DNA from: Nitrospirales bacterium
GTDB lineage: Bacteria; Nitrospirota; Nitrospiria; Nitrospirales; UBA8639
Assembly: GCA_963555755.3 (NCBI GenBank)
Contig: OY820905.2
Location: 4,160,001 to 4,224,000 of the forward strand
Direction of reading: 5' to 3'
DNA: 64,000 bases
Shown: positions 29,037 through 38,862 of the stretch, piece by piece
How the letters are laid out: every line of letters starts with the position of its first letter
How positions within the stretch are numbered: position 1 is the stretch's first letter
Notes under the pieces: model-generated
Database searches by the model: none
Told to the model about the DNA's origin: nothing
The model's input: only the letters and a program-made list of their open reading frames with translations
Position numbers and translations under genes: made by a program

Positions 29037-32000
29037 TAAGCGAAATGGTGAAAGGTCACTGATTCTTTTCCGAGAATTCGTTCAACATCATTGACCAAGT
29101 GTTCACTGGGCGACACGGTGAGGTCAGGAATAGGCGTACTATCGGCTTCGAGATTCGAGGATAATTGAAATTGGAATGAAATGGGCGCGGAACCGGGATG
29201 TTTGCGCAGGACCTCTTGCAGTTCGGGCAAGTTGATACGGGTGTCCGGATGTTCTTTCACGCGAAGCGTGACCCGTTTCACGGCTTTGGCTTGCCAGGTG
29301 TGCAGCGGTTCCAGTTTCGTCGCTTTGATGCGTGAACCAGTATCCATTTTATCGACGGTGCCGGTGATGTAAATCACGGCATCGGCCACGATGAATTCCT
29401 CTGATTTTTTAAACAGTTCAGGAAAGACAATGACCTCGACCAATCCTTGCAAGTCTTCAATTTGCACATAGGCCATGCGGTCGCCTTTTTTGGTCGTGGT
29501 GCCTTTGATATGTCCAATGACTCCACACAGTTTGACTTCTTTGCCCTCTGGGGCCTCATGCAAATTTCCGGTGTGGTGTGTAGACAGAACTCGGATGGCT
29601 TCGGTATGCATCGTGAGTGGGTGGGCCGTGATATAAAACCCCGTGAGCTGTCGTTCGTATTGAAGCAATTGCTCCTGCGACCATTCCTGGACCTGTGGGA
29701 GCGGGCGAGACCACGTGCTTCCGGTTGAAGAGGCTGCTGGCTTCTCGTCAAATGCCGCGAATAAGTTTGTTTGTCCGAGTTCGCGCTCACGCTGAATGGA
29801 CGATGCTTCCTCCAGGATGGAATCCATCTCCGCCATCAATTGTGCACGGACGGCTTTCATTGAGTCGAAGGCTCCGACTTTAATCAGCCCTTCTAGCACG
29901 CGTTTATTCACTTTTTGCAGATCAATGCGGGTACAAAAATCCAGAAACGAGAAAAAGGCTCCGTCAGCTTCTCGGCTGGCAATGATCAATTCGACCGCAG
30001 CGCCGCCAACGTTCTTTATCGCCGCAAGCCCGAATCGAATGCTCTGGTCCACAACATTGAAATTCTTTTGGCTCTCGTTCACATCGGGAGGAAGAATTGG
30101 GATGCCGAGTTCACGGCAATCGGTGAAATACCCAACCATCTTGTCCATGTTACCCATTTCACTGGTGAGGAGCGCCGCCATAAACTCGGTTGGAAAATGC
30201 GCCTTCAAATAGGCGGTTTGGAACGTCACGACTGCATAGGCCGCCGAGTGGGATTTGTTGAAACCGTAGCCGGCAAAGTATGCCATTTGATCGAAGATCT
30301 TTTCCGCTTTTTTGGCAGTAAAACCATTCCTAGTTGCCCCTTCAATAAAGAGCTCTTTTTGCTTGGCCATCTCATCATGTTTTTTCTTGCCCATGGCGCG
30401 GCGAAGCAAATCCGCCTGGCCTAGACTGAATCCGGCCATGCGATTGGCAATAGCCATGACCTGCTCTTGATAGACGATGACCCCATACGTTTCTTTAAGA
30501 ATGGGCTCGAGCTCGGGAGGGTCGTAGACAACTTTAGAGGGATCGCGTTTGCGTTTGATGAAATCATCGACCATCCCACTTTCCAGAGGTCCGGGCCGAT
30601 ACAGGGCCAGGATGGCAATGAGGTCTTCAAAGTATTGGGGCTTAATGCGCACGAGCAGATTCCGCATCCCCGAACTTTCCAATTGAAAAATGCCCGTAGT
30701 TTTGCCCGATGCCAGCAGTACATAGGTCGCGGCATCATCCGGAGACTGTTGATCAAGATCTATCGCTTGGTCGGGGGACCGTTCTTGATTGACCAAGGTC
30801 ACGGCGTGTTGAATCATGGTCAGCGTTTTCAGCCCGAGAAAATCGAACTTGACGAGTCCAACCTTTTCGATGTCAGTCATCGAATATTGGGTTACGATTT
30901 CGTCGTTCGCCGTCTTGTACAGCGGGACATGTTCTATCAGGGGTTCTTGGGAAATGACCACACCGGCTGCGTGGGTGGAGGCATGTCGCGCGAGTCCTTC
31001 TAGGGATCTGGCTGTCGTCATGAGTTCGGTCATGCGCGGGTCGGTATCGACGAGCTCTTGAAGTTTGGGCTCTTGGGCCAACGCGTCCTTCAACGTGATG
31101 TTCAGTTGCATGGGAACGAGCTTGGCCATGCGATCGACTTCCGCGTAGGGAATGTCGAGCACCCGACCCACATCTCGGATCGCGGCTTTCGCCCCTAGAG
31201 TTCCAAACGTGATGATTTGGCAAACATGATCCTCACCATATTTCTCGATGACATAGTTGATTACCTCACCCCGTCGGTCCTGGCAAAAATCCATGTCGAT
31301 ATCAGGCATGCTGACTCGTTCGGGATTGAGGAACCGTTCAAAGAGCAAGTTGTAGGCGAGCGGGTCTAAGTCGGTGATGCGCAACGTATAGGCGATGAGG
31401 CTGCCGGCTGCGGATCCTCGGCCCGGTCCAACCGGAATGCCACGTGCACGGGCAAATTTGATGATGTCCCAGACAATTAAAAAGTAGCCGGCATAACCCA
31501 TGGTCGTGAGCACGGCTAGTTCTTCCTTGAGGCGCAGGTCATACGCGTCTCGGGGAAGGCTGGATGGACGAGACTTCAGGCGTTCAGTCAAGCCATCTTC
31601 CGCCAGTTTTTGTAGATAGGCTTCGCGCGTCATGCCCTCCGGTGGATGGTAGTGAGGCAGAAATGTTGAGCCAAAGGACAACTCAAGATTACATTGCTCG
31701 GTAATGCGGCTCGTGTTGAGTACCGCGTCGGGAAGTTCGGAAAATTCCGCAACCATTTCTTCTGTTGATTTTACATACAGCTGGTCCGTGTCGAATTTCA
31801 TGCGGTTGGTATCTTTTAAGGTCTTTCCCGTTTGCAAACACAACATGATTTCATGCGGTCGGGCATCTTCCTTTTTGAGGTAGTGGCAATCGTTCGTGCC
31901 AACCATTGGGATGCCCAGCTTTTTATGAATGTCGATCAAACCTCGATTCGCAATTAATTGCTGGGCAAGACCATTCGCTTGGACTTCCAGGTAATAATGA

Positions 32001-32518
32001 TCCTTGCCAAAAATCTCTTGATATTCGCCAGCGGTTTGCGCTGCGGCCTCCATGTCCTCTTTGCCAATCAGTTGGGGCACTTCGCCGCTCAAGCAGCCGG
32101 ATAAGGCAATGATCCCCTCGTGGTGTTCTTGGAGTAGCTCTTTGTCCATTCGAGGCTTGTAGTAGAACCCTTCGAGATAGGCCTTGCTCGAGAGCTTGAT
32201 CAGGTTGTGGTAGCCCTTCAGATTGGTCGCCAGCAGGATCAGGTGGTAATAGTCGTTGTGAGCGAGGAGCCCTTCGCGTTGCCGGCGGCTACCCGGGGCC
32301 ATGTAGGCTTCACATCCAACGATGGGTTTTACGCCTTTGGCGTGGGCTTTTTGGTAAAAATCAATGGCACCGAAGAGGTTGCCGTGGTCCGTCATGGCGA
32401 CGGCGGATTGGCCAAAGTCTCGAACTTGCGTCAGCAGCGGGTTCAGCTGGTTGGCGCCATCAAGCAGGCTGTAATGCGTGTGGAGATGAAGGTGGACGAA
32501 CTCAGATTTGGAGGGCAC
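29036..32518 (-). CDS. dnaE: DNA polymerase III alpha subunit
   Basis: FVHLHLHT.YSLLDG, GPGRGSAAGS, FERFLNPERVSMPDIDMDF, KFDFLGL, GYGFNKSH. 1160 aa. Confidence 0.98.
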   Translation of the reverse strand: MPSKSEFVHLHLHTHYSLLDGANQLNPLLTQVRDFGQSAVAMTDHGNLFGAIDFYQKAHAKGVKPIVGCEAYMAPGSRRQREGLLAHNDYYHLILLATNLKGYHNLIKLSSKAYLEGFYYKPRMDKELLQEHHEGIIALSGCLSGEVPQLIGKEDMEAAAQTAGEYQEIFGKDHYYLEVQANGLAQQLIANRGLIDIHKKLGIPMVGTNDCHYLKKEDARPHEIMLCLQTGKTLKDTNRMKFDTDQLYVKSTEEMVAEFSELPDAVLNTSRITEQCNLELSFGSTFLPHYHPPEGMTREAYLQKLAEDGLTERLKSRPSSLPRDAYDLRLKEELAVLTTMGYAGYFLIVWDIIKFARARGIPVGPGRGSAAGSLIAYTLRITDLDPLAYNLLFERFLNPERVSMPDIDMDFCQDRRGEVINYVIEKYGEDHVCQIITFGTLGAKAAIRDVGRVLDIPYAEVDRMAKLVPMQLNITLKDALAQEPKLQELVDTDPRMTELMTTARSLEGLARHASTHAAGVVISQEPLIEHVPLYKTANDEIVTQYSMTDIEKVGLVKFDFLGLKTLTMIQHAVTLVNQERSPDQAIDLDQQSPDDAATYVLLASGKTTGIFQLESSGMRNLLVRIKPQYFEDLIAILALYRPGPLESGMVDDFIKRKRDPSKVVYDPPELEPILKETYGVIVYQEQVMAIANRMAGFSLGQADLLRRAMGKKKHDEMAKQKELFIEGATRNGFTAKKAEKIFDQMAYFAGYGFNKSHSAAYAVVTFQTAYLKAHFPTEFMAALLTSEMGNMDKMVGYFTDCRELGIPILPPDVNESQKNFNVVDQSIRFGLAAIKNVGGAAVELIIASREADGAFFSFLDFCTRIDLQKVNKRVLEGLIKVGAFDSMKAVRAQLMAEMDSILEEASSIQRERELGQTNLFAAFDEKPAASSTGSTWSRPLPQVQEWSQEQLLQYERQLTGFYITAHPLTMHTEAIRVLSTHHTGNLHEAPEGKEVKLCGVIGHIKGTTTKKGDRMAYVQIEDLQGLVEVIVFPELFKKSEEFIVADAVIYITGTVDKMDTGSRIKATKLEPLHTWQAKAVKRVTLRVKEHPDTRINLPELQEVLRKHPGSAPISFQFQLSSNLEADSTPIPDLTVSPSEHLVNDVERILGKESVTFHHFA

Positions 32519-32574
32519 GGATTGGTGTCCTAAAATGAAAAAGTGTAACCTTGGACCTAGTGGATGTCAACGAA

Positions 32575-32697
32575 GGGAAATGTCCGAAAATGCCCTCCAG
32601 CGGCGTTCTCGCCATTTTGCCGTGCTCACGTACAAGAGTACGCTCCGCGCGTCAAAATGGCTGCGGCCTTGCTGGACGGCATTTTTGAACATTTCCC
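32575..32697 (+). mobile_element. Repeat family E copy
   Basis: GGGAAATGTCCGAAAATG...CATTTTTGAACATTTCCC with the conserved core. Confidence 0.85.
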
Positions 32698-32848
32698 CCA
32701 GTTGGGGGAATGTGTTTTTATTGTCTGAGAATAACAGAAGGCCCGTAGGGAAACGGTGAGTTTCCTCACCGGCCTTCAAAAACCAAAGAATCGATTGTTG
32801 CTCAACTCAGGTGAGCAGTATCTGGATGCCAAGCTATTAAAACCTGGT

Positions 32849-33346
32849 CTATTTGCCGCCCAAACTCAATTCGTAGAGAAGGGCTTTCCAGCCTTGCTCT
32901 TCCGTAATAAACCCTTTGGGTTGTACCACGGGAAGCATGCCGGTACCTGGAACCTTGCCGGTTTGGCCCATGCTGCCGTTTTTAAGGACCCACATCAATT
33001 CTCCGGGTTTGCGCAATTTTTTGAATTTTGGGTTTGTAAAGTTTCGTGGTTGGATTGGGAGGTTGCTGGCCGCTGCTCCGTCACCCTTTCCTTCTGGCCC
33101 ATGACAACTCACGCAGCCGCCTACCCCTAAAAAGATTTTTTTCCCTTCGGCGAGGATTTCAGGTGTGGCTTCAAACGGGGATTTCATTCTTTTAGCTTTT
33201 GCGCGTTCGCCTGGCGGAACTCGTGGAATTTTAATGTTAAATTCCCCCCCCGCCTGTCCGTACCCCGCGGGATTTACGGCCCACACTTGCGTGGTCATGC
33301 TCAACACAAATCCAAGACTAATCAACATTCCCAACAACCTCTTCAC
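32849..33346 (-). CDS. Periplasmic monoheme cytochrome c
   Basis: Signal peptide, CVSCHGPEGKGDG heme motif, PRNFT, GTGM axial Met candidate. Confidence 0.88.
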   Translation of the reverse strand: MKRLLGMLISLGFVLSMTTQVWAVNPAGYGQAGGEFNIKIPRVPPGERAKAKRMKSPFEATPEILAEGKKIFLGVGGCVSCHGPEGKGDGAAASNLPIQPRNFTNPKFKKLRKPGELMWVLKNGSMGQTGKVPGTGMLPVVQPKGFITEEQGWKALLYELSLGGK

Positions 33347-33589
33347 GGCACGTCCCCCTTGTGAAATGAAATCATAAATAATGATGCCAAACTCCTCTTG
33401 AACTCAACCGGTTCAAGAGAGTTGGCACTTTAGCATTGATCAAGAAGACCGGGCAATGATGCCGCGGATCAGGGTAGGACAACGGTCTGCCGTTCCGGAG
33501 AGTTTGAATAGACTTTATGCTACAATGCGTATCTTTTACATGAATACAAAAATGGTTTTTGGGTTGCCTGATGACTGTTTGGAGATAAT

Positions 33590-34210
33590 ATGGCGTTTGA
33601 TAAACGAGCCAAAGCCCGCTACTTTTCCGGCATGCGCCGCCGGATTCACGAATTGAAGTCCAAGGCAGAAACCAGCATGGATTTTGCGATTGATACCATG
33701 ATGATGGAGCGTGCAGAGAGCTACATTCACGTTGAAAACGGGTTGGAGGAAGTTGAGCGCATGATTGCAATTATTGAAGAAGAATTAGATGAGGTTGTGG
33801 AGGTGAGTCATGCGCAACGTTTGGATGCCCGCTTGGAATTCGTCGAAGATCGATTTGAAGAGTTCGATAGCGAAATCTACCAACGACCTAAACGACGACG
33901 CCGAAAAATTAACCTGTTTGATTTCTTTAAGCGGGCGACTGGCGGTGGGGGCGATCCCATGGCTTCCCGAGGAGAAATTAACTCACATTTGGAGGCATAC
34001 CAAGCCTTAGGTCTAGAATTCGATAGCTCGATGGCAGCCGTGACCCGGGCGTTTCGACAACGAGCCAAAAAGCTCCACCCCGATATCAATAATGGCGACC
34101 GCAGTGCCGAGCCAGAATTACGCCGCATTATTGAGGCCTATCAATACCTCCGTGCCGACTCCACCATTTCTCGTACTGAAGCCGACGGCCCGGAACCGGA
34201 AACTCGATAA
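33590..34210 (+). CDS. Coiled-coil protein with C-terminal J-domain
   Basis: YQALGL...AFRQRAKKLHPDIN...IIEAYQYL. Confidence 0.82.
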   Translation: MAFDKRAKARYFSGMRRRIHELKSKAETSMDFAIDTMMMERAESYIHVENGLEEVERMIAIIEEELDEVVEVSHAQRLDARLEFVEDRFEEFDSEIYQRPKRRRRKINLFDFFKRATGGGGDPMASRGEINSHLEAYQALGLEFDSSMAAVTRAFRQRAKKLHPDINNGDRSAEPELRRIIEAYQYLRADSTISRTEADGPEPETR

Positions 34211-34243
34211 AGGTCCTCCGGAATGGTCCTTTAATTGTTTCAC

Positions 34244-34574
34244 CCTAGCAACGGCGGTTGGATCACAAAAGTCCGCGTAAGCTAGCACAATAAAAAACTG
34301 TCTCATCACCACCAGGGGTTACTTCCCTCCCACCCTTGTCATTTCGACCCTTGGGAGAAATCTCCTCTTCTGCCGAACCACAGATTTCTCCCTCCGGTCG
34401 AAATGACAAGGGGAGGGTCGAAATGACAAGGGGAGGGTTGAAATGACAAGGGGAGGGTTGAAATGACAAGGGGAGGGTTGAAATGACAGACCCGATGTGA
34501 CCACGACTGTTTGTATTTCACGATGCACACCAATATCTTACACGGCTGTGTTGAGTCCAACTGTCGTTTCTAGG
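34244..34574 (+). mobile_element. MITE family B (diverged) carrying a REP-D doublet and a 20-bp tandem array
   Basis: CCTAGCAACGGCGGTTGG / CCAACTGTCGTTTCTAGG, TSD TTCAC on both sides. Confidence 0.85.
34337..34488. repeat. REP family D doublet (TGTCATTTCGA...TCGAAATGACA) with a tandemly amplified arm
   Basis: Unit GGTYGAAATGACAAGGGGAG, four full copies plus one partial from 34396. Confidence 0.85.
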
Positions 34575-34672
34575 TTCACCAATCACCACGCTGGGTTGTC
34601 CTTCAAGAATTTATAGTGCGGGGACGATACCCCACATAGTTTTATTATTTTGGATTCTTCACGGATAACGAT

Positions 34673-35500
34673 TCACGTTTCACGAATCACGCTCTCTGTA
34701 TTCATAGTCCCCTCCCCGTTGGCCTCAATCTTGTTCAATTCTTCAAAGAGATTGGGATGCTTCAATTCATAGTTCAGTTCCTTCAAAACCTTTTGGGAGG
34801 ACAGGCGTTTCCCGAGATCCTTGGGAACCGTTGGCTCAGGGATGGGGATGTTCCACTGGGTGGCAGCAAATTGGCAGATGTCAGCCCAAAGCCGGGGAGT
34901 TCCGTCAGCGACGATATAGCTTGATCCAGATTCGGCTTGATCCAGGGCGGCAAGACATAGGGCCGCCGCATCTTCGACATGGATGAGATTGACGTAACGG
35001 CCAGTGTTTTTGATCTTTCCCCTTCGTATCCAATTCAAGACATGTCGTCCTGGGCCGTAGAGCCCCGCTAGTCGGAGAATGATGACACCATAGGTCTTAC
35101 GTAAATGCTCCTCACTCTGAACACGGGGCAGGGCCATATTGAGTTTGGCGCGTTCATCCGTAAGTTCGTCTGGGTTTGCTGGGAAGGCTGAGGTGCTGCC
35201 TAAGAGAAGAATTCGGGATTCTTTGTTCGCGATGTCCTTGGCAAAAGTCGATGCCAAGTTTTCCGGGATTGCCGGAAAACACCAAATAATGTGCGCAGGG
35301 GTGGGAATATTTCCCCAGGTGTCGGGTTGTTCCAAATCAAAAAGAATTCGTGATGGAGGCTCGACATATGATAAGTGAGTACCAGGAAATCGGCTGGTGG
35401 CAAAGGCTTTCCACCCTTGCTTCACAGCTTGGTGATAGAGGAAGGTTCCGGTATAGCCTGCGCCCAAAATAACAAGAGGAAGTGGATGTGGAGAGGGAAT
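34673..35500 (-). CDS. NAD(P)-dependent epimerase/atypical SDR (YeeZ-like)
   Basis: VILGAGYTG, LRLAGLYGPGR, NLIHVEDAA. Start codon unclear. Confidence 0.8.
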   Translation of the reverse strand: MPSPHPLPLVILGAGYTGTFLYHQAVKQGWKAFATSRFPGTHLSYVEPPSRILFDLEQPDTWGNIPTPAHIIWCFPAIPENLASTFAKDIANKESRILLLGSTSAFPANPDELTDERAKLNMALPRVQSEEHLRKTYGVIILRLAGLYGPGRHVLNWIRRGKIKNTGRYVNLIHVEDAAALCLAALDQAESGSSYIVADGTPRLWADICQFAATQWNIPIPEPTVPKDLGKRLSSQKVLKELNYELKHPNLFEELNKIEANGEGTMNTESVIRET

Positions 35501-35526
35501 TGCGATGTCTCCTACTAACTGGCAAG

Positions 35527-35648
35527 GCAGGATGTTCAAAAAGGCCGTCCAGCAAGGCCGCAGGCCCTTTGGCGCGCGGAGCGTACGATAGTACGTGAGC
35601 ACGACAAAGGGCCGAGAACGCAGCTGGCGGTCTTTTTGAACATCCTGC
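35527..35648 (-). mobile_element. Repeat family E copy
   Basis: GCAGGATGTTCAAAAAG...CTTTTTGAACATCCTGC, reverse orientation. Abuts the stop of the upstream gene. Confidence 0.85.
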
Positions 35649-36157
35649 TAGTCGGTTACATATTGGCGGGCATACCGCACATAGTTATTGGCTGATTCTT
35701 TGATCCAGGCTAATTCCTTTTCAGTGAGTGGGCGTTTGACGCGAGCCGGTGAGCCCAATGCTAAGCTATGAGAGGGAATGACCGTTCCTTTTGTTATCAA
35801 TGCCCCGGCACCAATGATGCAATCTTCTTCGATCGTGGCACCGTCCATCACGATACTTCCAATTCCGATCAGCACCCGATCGTGAATCGTACACCCGTGT
35901 AGGACAACGTGATGGCCGACCGTCACATCATCTCCGATGACAAGCGGGTAGAGGTCGTGGGTCACATGCAACAGACTCAGATCTTGGATATTTGTCCGAT
36001 GCCCGATTCGGATGTAGTGAACGTCACCGCGAATGACCGTATTAAACCAGACGCTTGATTCGGGGAGAATGGCGACATCACCTATGATGACGGCAGTGTC
36101 CTCGATATAGGCGCTCGATGCAATCGTTGGTAGAATTCCGCGAAAGGGTTTGATCAT
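35648..36157 (-). CDS. Gamma carbonic anhydrase family protein (YrdA-like)
   Basis: IGDV...SVW...IRGD, TNIQD..LH, VTVGH.V.LHGC hexapeptide repeats. Confidence 0.92.
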   Translation of the reverse strand: MIKPFRGILPTIASSAYIEDTAVIIGDVAILPESSVWFNTVIRGDVHYIRIGHRTNIQDLSLLHVTHDLYPLVIGDDVTVGHHVVLHGCTIHDRVLIGIGSIVMDGATIEEDCIIGAGALITKGTVIPSHSLALGSPARVKRPLTEKELAWIKESANNYVRYARQYVTD

Positions 36158-36243
36158 CTCAATTCCAAATTTCGAGAAAAATGGTTATGGGCCAAGTGTA
36201 TCTCATGCGTTGGGTGTTTGTAGCCATTCTAAAACAGTCTCAT

Positions 36244-36350
36244 GCACTCGAAATCCGAATGTTACATTTCGAAACACATCCGAAATCCGAATGTTTCAAT
36301 TTGGTCATTTGAATGTGTTTCGGATTTCGATATTCGAGTTTCGGATTTCC
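36244..36350. repeat. Inverted heptamer-repeat element
   Basis: CGAAATCCGAAT..TTCGAAACACAT mirrored by ATGTGTTTCGGATTTCGATATTCGAGTTTCGGATTTC. Confidence 0.7.
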
Positions 36351-36411
36351 GCCACCAGTAGAGAAAACGGAAGATAATGGAAATAGCTATAAGCCCCACT
36401 GTACACCATTT

Positions 36412-36879
36412 TTATCCTTTGGCTAACATCGCAGCAAGGACCAGGACGGCGAGCGCGGTAATGACTGCCACGTAGACGGTCACGCTTCGATCGCTCAGCC
36501 AGGAGGTTTGCCAATCTTTCGGATAAAGGGATTTTCCTTCCAGGTACAGCCCTTCCTCGTAGAGCCCGAGAACCTTCTCTATTTCGATTAACGTTTGCTT
36601 GGCAAGTCGATGCCGGTCGCGTTGTTGAAGGATGAGGTAGATGAATAATGCCGAGAATAATGCGACGCCAGTCATGGAAAAAATTTTCACGATGGGGTCA
36701 ACGGGATACGGTGGCGCCAGGGCCAAAATCGTGATCAACAAAAGGACGAGGAATGCGCTACCAAAAGCCGTCAATCGCATCATGTTTTCCCGGCGACGAA
36801 AGACTTCCTCTTTGTACCACGGGTACAGAATTCTCACGACCTCCAGTTGTTCATCTCGGAGAAGGTTCGACGTGTTCAT
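36412..36879 (-). CDS. Small membrane protein (3 TM), unknown function
   Basis: ATG overlaps the upstream TGA (ATGA coupling). Three hydrophobic segments. Confidence 0.7.
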   Translation of the reverse strand: MNTSNLLRDEQLEVVRILYPWYKEEVFRRRENMMRLTAFGSAFLVLLLITILALAPPYPVDPIVKIFSMTGVALFSALFIYLILQQRDRHRLAKQTLIEIEKVLGLYEEGLYLEGKSLYPKDWQTSWLSDRSVTVYVAVITALAVLVLAAMLAKG

Positions 36880-37679
36880 CAAGGTGTCGCTCTGGAGGCT
36901 ATGGGTGTTGTTTGGACGTGGGCCACCATCCAATCCGTTAGTGCCAGACTCATGGTGCGAAAATCTTCAGGTCGGCCAAAATGATGGTTGGCCTCCGGGA
37001 AAAAATGAAGCTTTTTTTCTCCAGCCAGGTTTTCTGTCAATCGTTGGATTTGATGAAGGGGAACAAGTTCATCTTTTTCACCATGAACAATGAGGCAGGG
37101 AGTGGTGATCTTCTTGGCTTGTGCATAGGCATTGAATTGATGGCAATCATGGTAAAACTCAAAATTGAGGGCGATGGGATCCTGGCCTCCCGTTACATTG
37201 GGAATGGTGTTTGTCCGCTTCCATTCGGTGATGCCGTCTTGACCAAATTCCAGTTCCAGCATTTCAGGGAAGTTGGGCACAGGACATTTTAGCCCAAGGG
37301 CAAATAACTCCGGGTGGTCCGCGGCGACTAAGATGGCTAAAAGTCCGCCGAAGCTGTCCCCGATCAGTCCAATGTCTCGATACCCTCTGTTGTTTATGTC
37401 CTGCAACAGAGATTCCAGTTGAGCCTGGCATGCTGTCACGGTGATGTCGGCAAAACGTCCGCTGGAATCCCCCATGCCAAACCAATCAAAGCGAAGCGTG
37501 CTGAATCCTTTCGGGGCGAGTAACTCCGTGAGCCGAATATTGGTCCGACTGTCTTTGTTGGAAAGAAAACCGTGGCAGAGAATGACGGCGCTCGTCGTAT
37601 CTTCGGCAGGTTCTGTTAAGATGGCCGAGGTCTGCCCATGGGGATATTCAAGCATCAGTGTTGTTTGCCTGGCTTCCAT
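36879..37679 (-). CDS. Alpha/beta hydrolase
   Basis: ILCHGF, RFDWFGMGDSSG, GDSFGG nucleophile elbow, VHGEKDELVP, ANHHF. Confidence 0.88.
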   Translation of the reverse strand: MEARQTTLMLEYPHGQTSAILTEPAEDTTSAVILCHGFLSNKDSRTNIRLTELLAPKGFSTLRFDWFGMGDSSGRFADITVTACQAQLESLLQDINNRGYRDIGLIGDSFGGLLAILVAADHPELFALGLKCPVPNFPEMLELEFGQDGITEWKRTNTIPNVTGGQDPIALNFEFYHDCHQFNAYAQAKKITTPCLIVHGEKDELVPLHQIQRLTENLAGEKKLHFFPEANHHFGRPEDFRTMSLALTDWMVAHVQTTPIASRATP

Positions 37680-37845
37680 GAAGAAATTCTGAACAACCGG
37701 TGTGGTGATTGTCAATTGGTTTGTGCAGAAAATCGTGAAACGGGAGGCGGCAGGCGGGAGATAAAGCTGTTCTTTTCCCCTCAGGTTTCCCGAAAACCAT
37801 TCGTCATTTTTATGATGCGTGGATGGCCTAAAGGCCCTAAAGAAC

Positions 37846-38652
37846 TTAACCGCTTTGAGGGAAAGAGGAAGACAGAAAAAAGAAATGATTGGTCGGTCCA
37901 TGCCCATGGCCAATGGCCAATCCATGGCGAATGGCCGACGTGGTATAGGTTTTTGCGGCTTCAATCGCATCGGCAATGGGTTTGCCTAACGCCAGATGCG
38001 CGGTGATGGCCGAGGCAAAGGTGCACCCGGTTCCGTGAGTCGTGGTTGTGTCGATAAAGTCGCCTTTAAACATTCGAAAGTATCGGCCATCATACAGAAG
38101 ATCGGTTGCAGGGCGTTCCAGTAAATGGCCTCCTTTGATGAGGATGTGTTGGCAGCCGAGTTGGTGCAGAGTTTTTGCAGCCTGCCGCGCTTCTGCCAGG
38201 GTTCGAATAGTGGTTCCGGTCAACCGCTCGGCTTCGTGGATATTAGGGATGAGGAGATACGCCAAGGGAATGAGGTCTTGTTTCAGCCAATCAATGGCAT
38301 TCGGTTGCAACAGTTCATGCCCACTTTTCGAGACCATGACGGGATCGACCACGAGCTTCGTGACGCCGTACTGCTTCATTTTCCGACCGACGAGTGCAGT
38401 GGTCGTGGCGGTCGAGAGCATTCCGGTTTTTACGGCGGCCACATCAAAGTCATCGAAAATGGCGTCGATTTGTGCCTCGATGATGGTGTCGGGAAGGTCG
38501 TGGATTGCGGTGACTCCCTTTGTGTTTTGCGCGGTAATTGACGTTATGACCGACATGGCAAACGTGCCATTGGCCGACATGGCTTTGAGGTCGGCTTGAA
38601 TACCAGCGCCGCCTCCGGAGTCGGATCCTGCAATGGTCAAGACTTGCTTCAT
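37846..38652 (-). CDS. thiD: Hydroxymethylpyrimidine/phosphomethylpyrimidine kinase
   Basis: LTIAGSDSGGGAGIQADLK, KTGML, VDPVM, THGTGCT. Confidence 0.96.
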   Translation of the reverse strand: MKQVLTIAGSDSGGGAGIQADLKAMSANGTFAMSVITSITAQNTKGVTAIHDLPDTIIEAQIDAIFDDFDVAAVKTGMLSTATTTALVGRKMKQYGVTKLVVDPVMVSKSGHELLQPNAIDWLKQDLIPLAYLLIPNIHEAERLTGTTIRTLAEARQAAKTLHQLGCQHILIKGGHLLERPATDLLYDGRYFRMFKGDFIDTTTTHGTGCTFASAITAHLALGKPIADAIEAAKTYTTSAIRHGLAIGHGHGPTNHFFFLSSSFPQSG

Positions 38653-38862
38653 GAGGAAATGTAGGCGAGGTGTGAAAGGATCTTGAAAATCATTCAGCGT
38701 AGAGAGTTAAATTCGGAGCGAAGGGAATGTTCGTTGTGGAAACGGCAGGTAGAGAATAATCCTTTGTTCAAGGTTTCTCCGCTACCTGCCTGCATTGCAT
38801 GGAATCGAAAGAAAGCTGGACGATGGTGACTCAGGCTTTGATTCCAAAAACGGAAAGCCTTG

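Noticed and set aside
29036..32518. Intein in dnaE
   Set aside because: The length (1160 aa) and continuous motifs are normal, with no intein splice motifs.
34396..34488. Possible CRISPR array
   Set aside because: The 20-bp units have an invariant 7-bp linker, no unique spacers, and no cas genes are present. It is a tandem REP-arm amplification.
38653..38860. TPP riboswitch upstream of thiD
   Set aside because: No CTGAGA / CCTGA..TAA..GCG.AGGGA core on the coding strand. Only a GGCAGGTAG...CTACCTGCC hairpin is visible.
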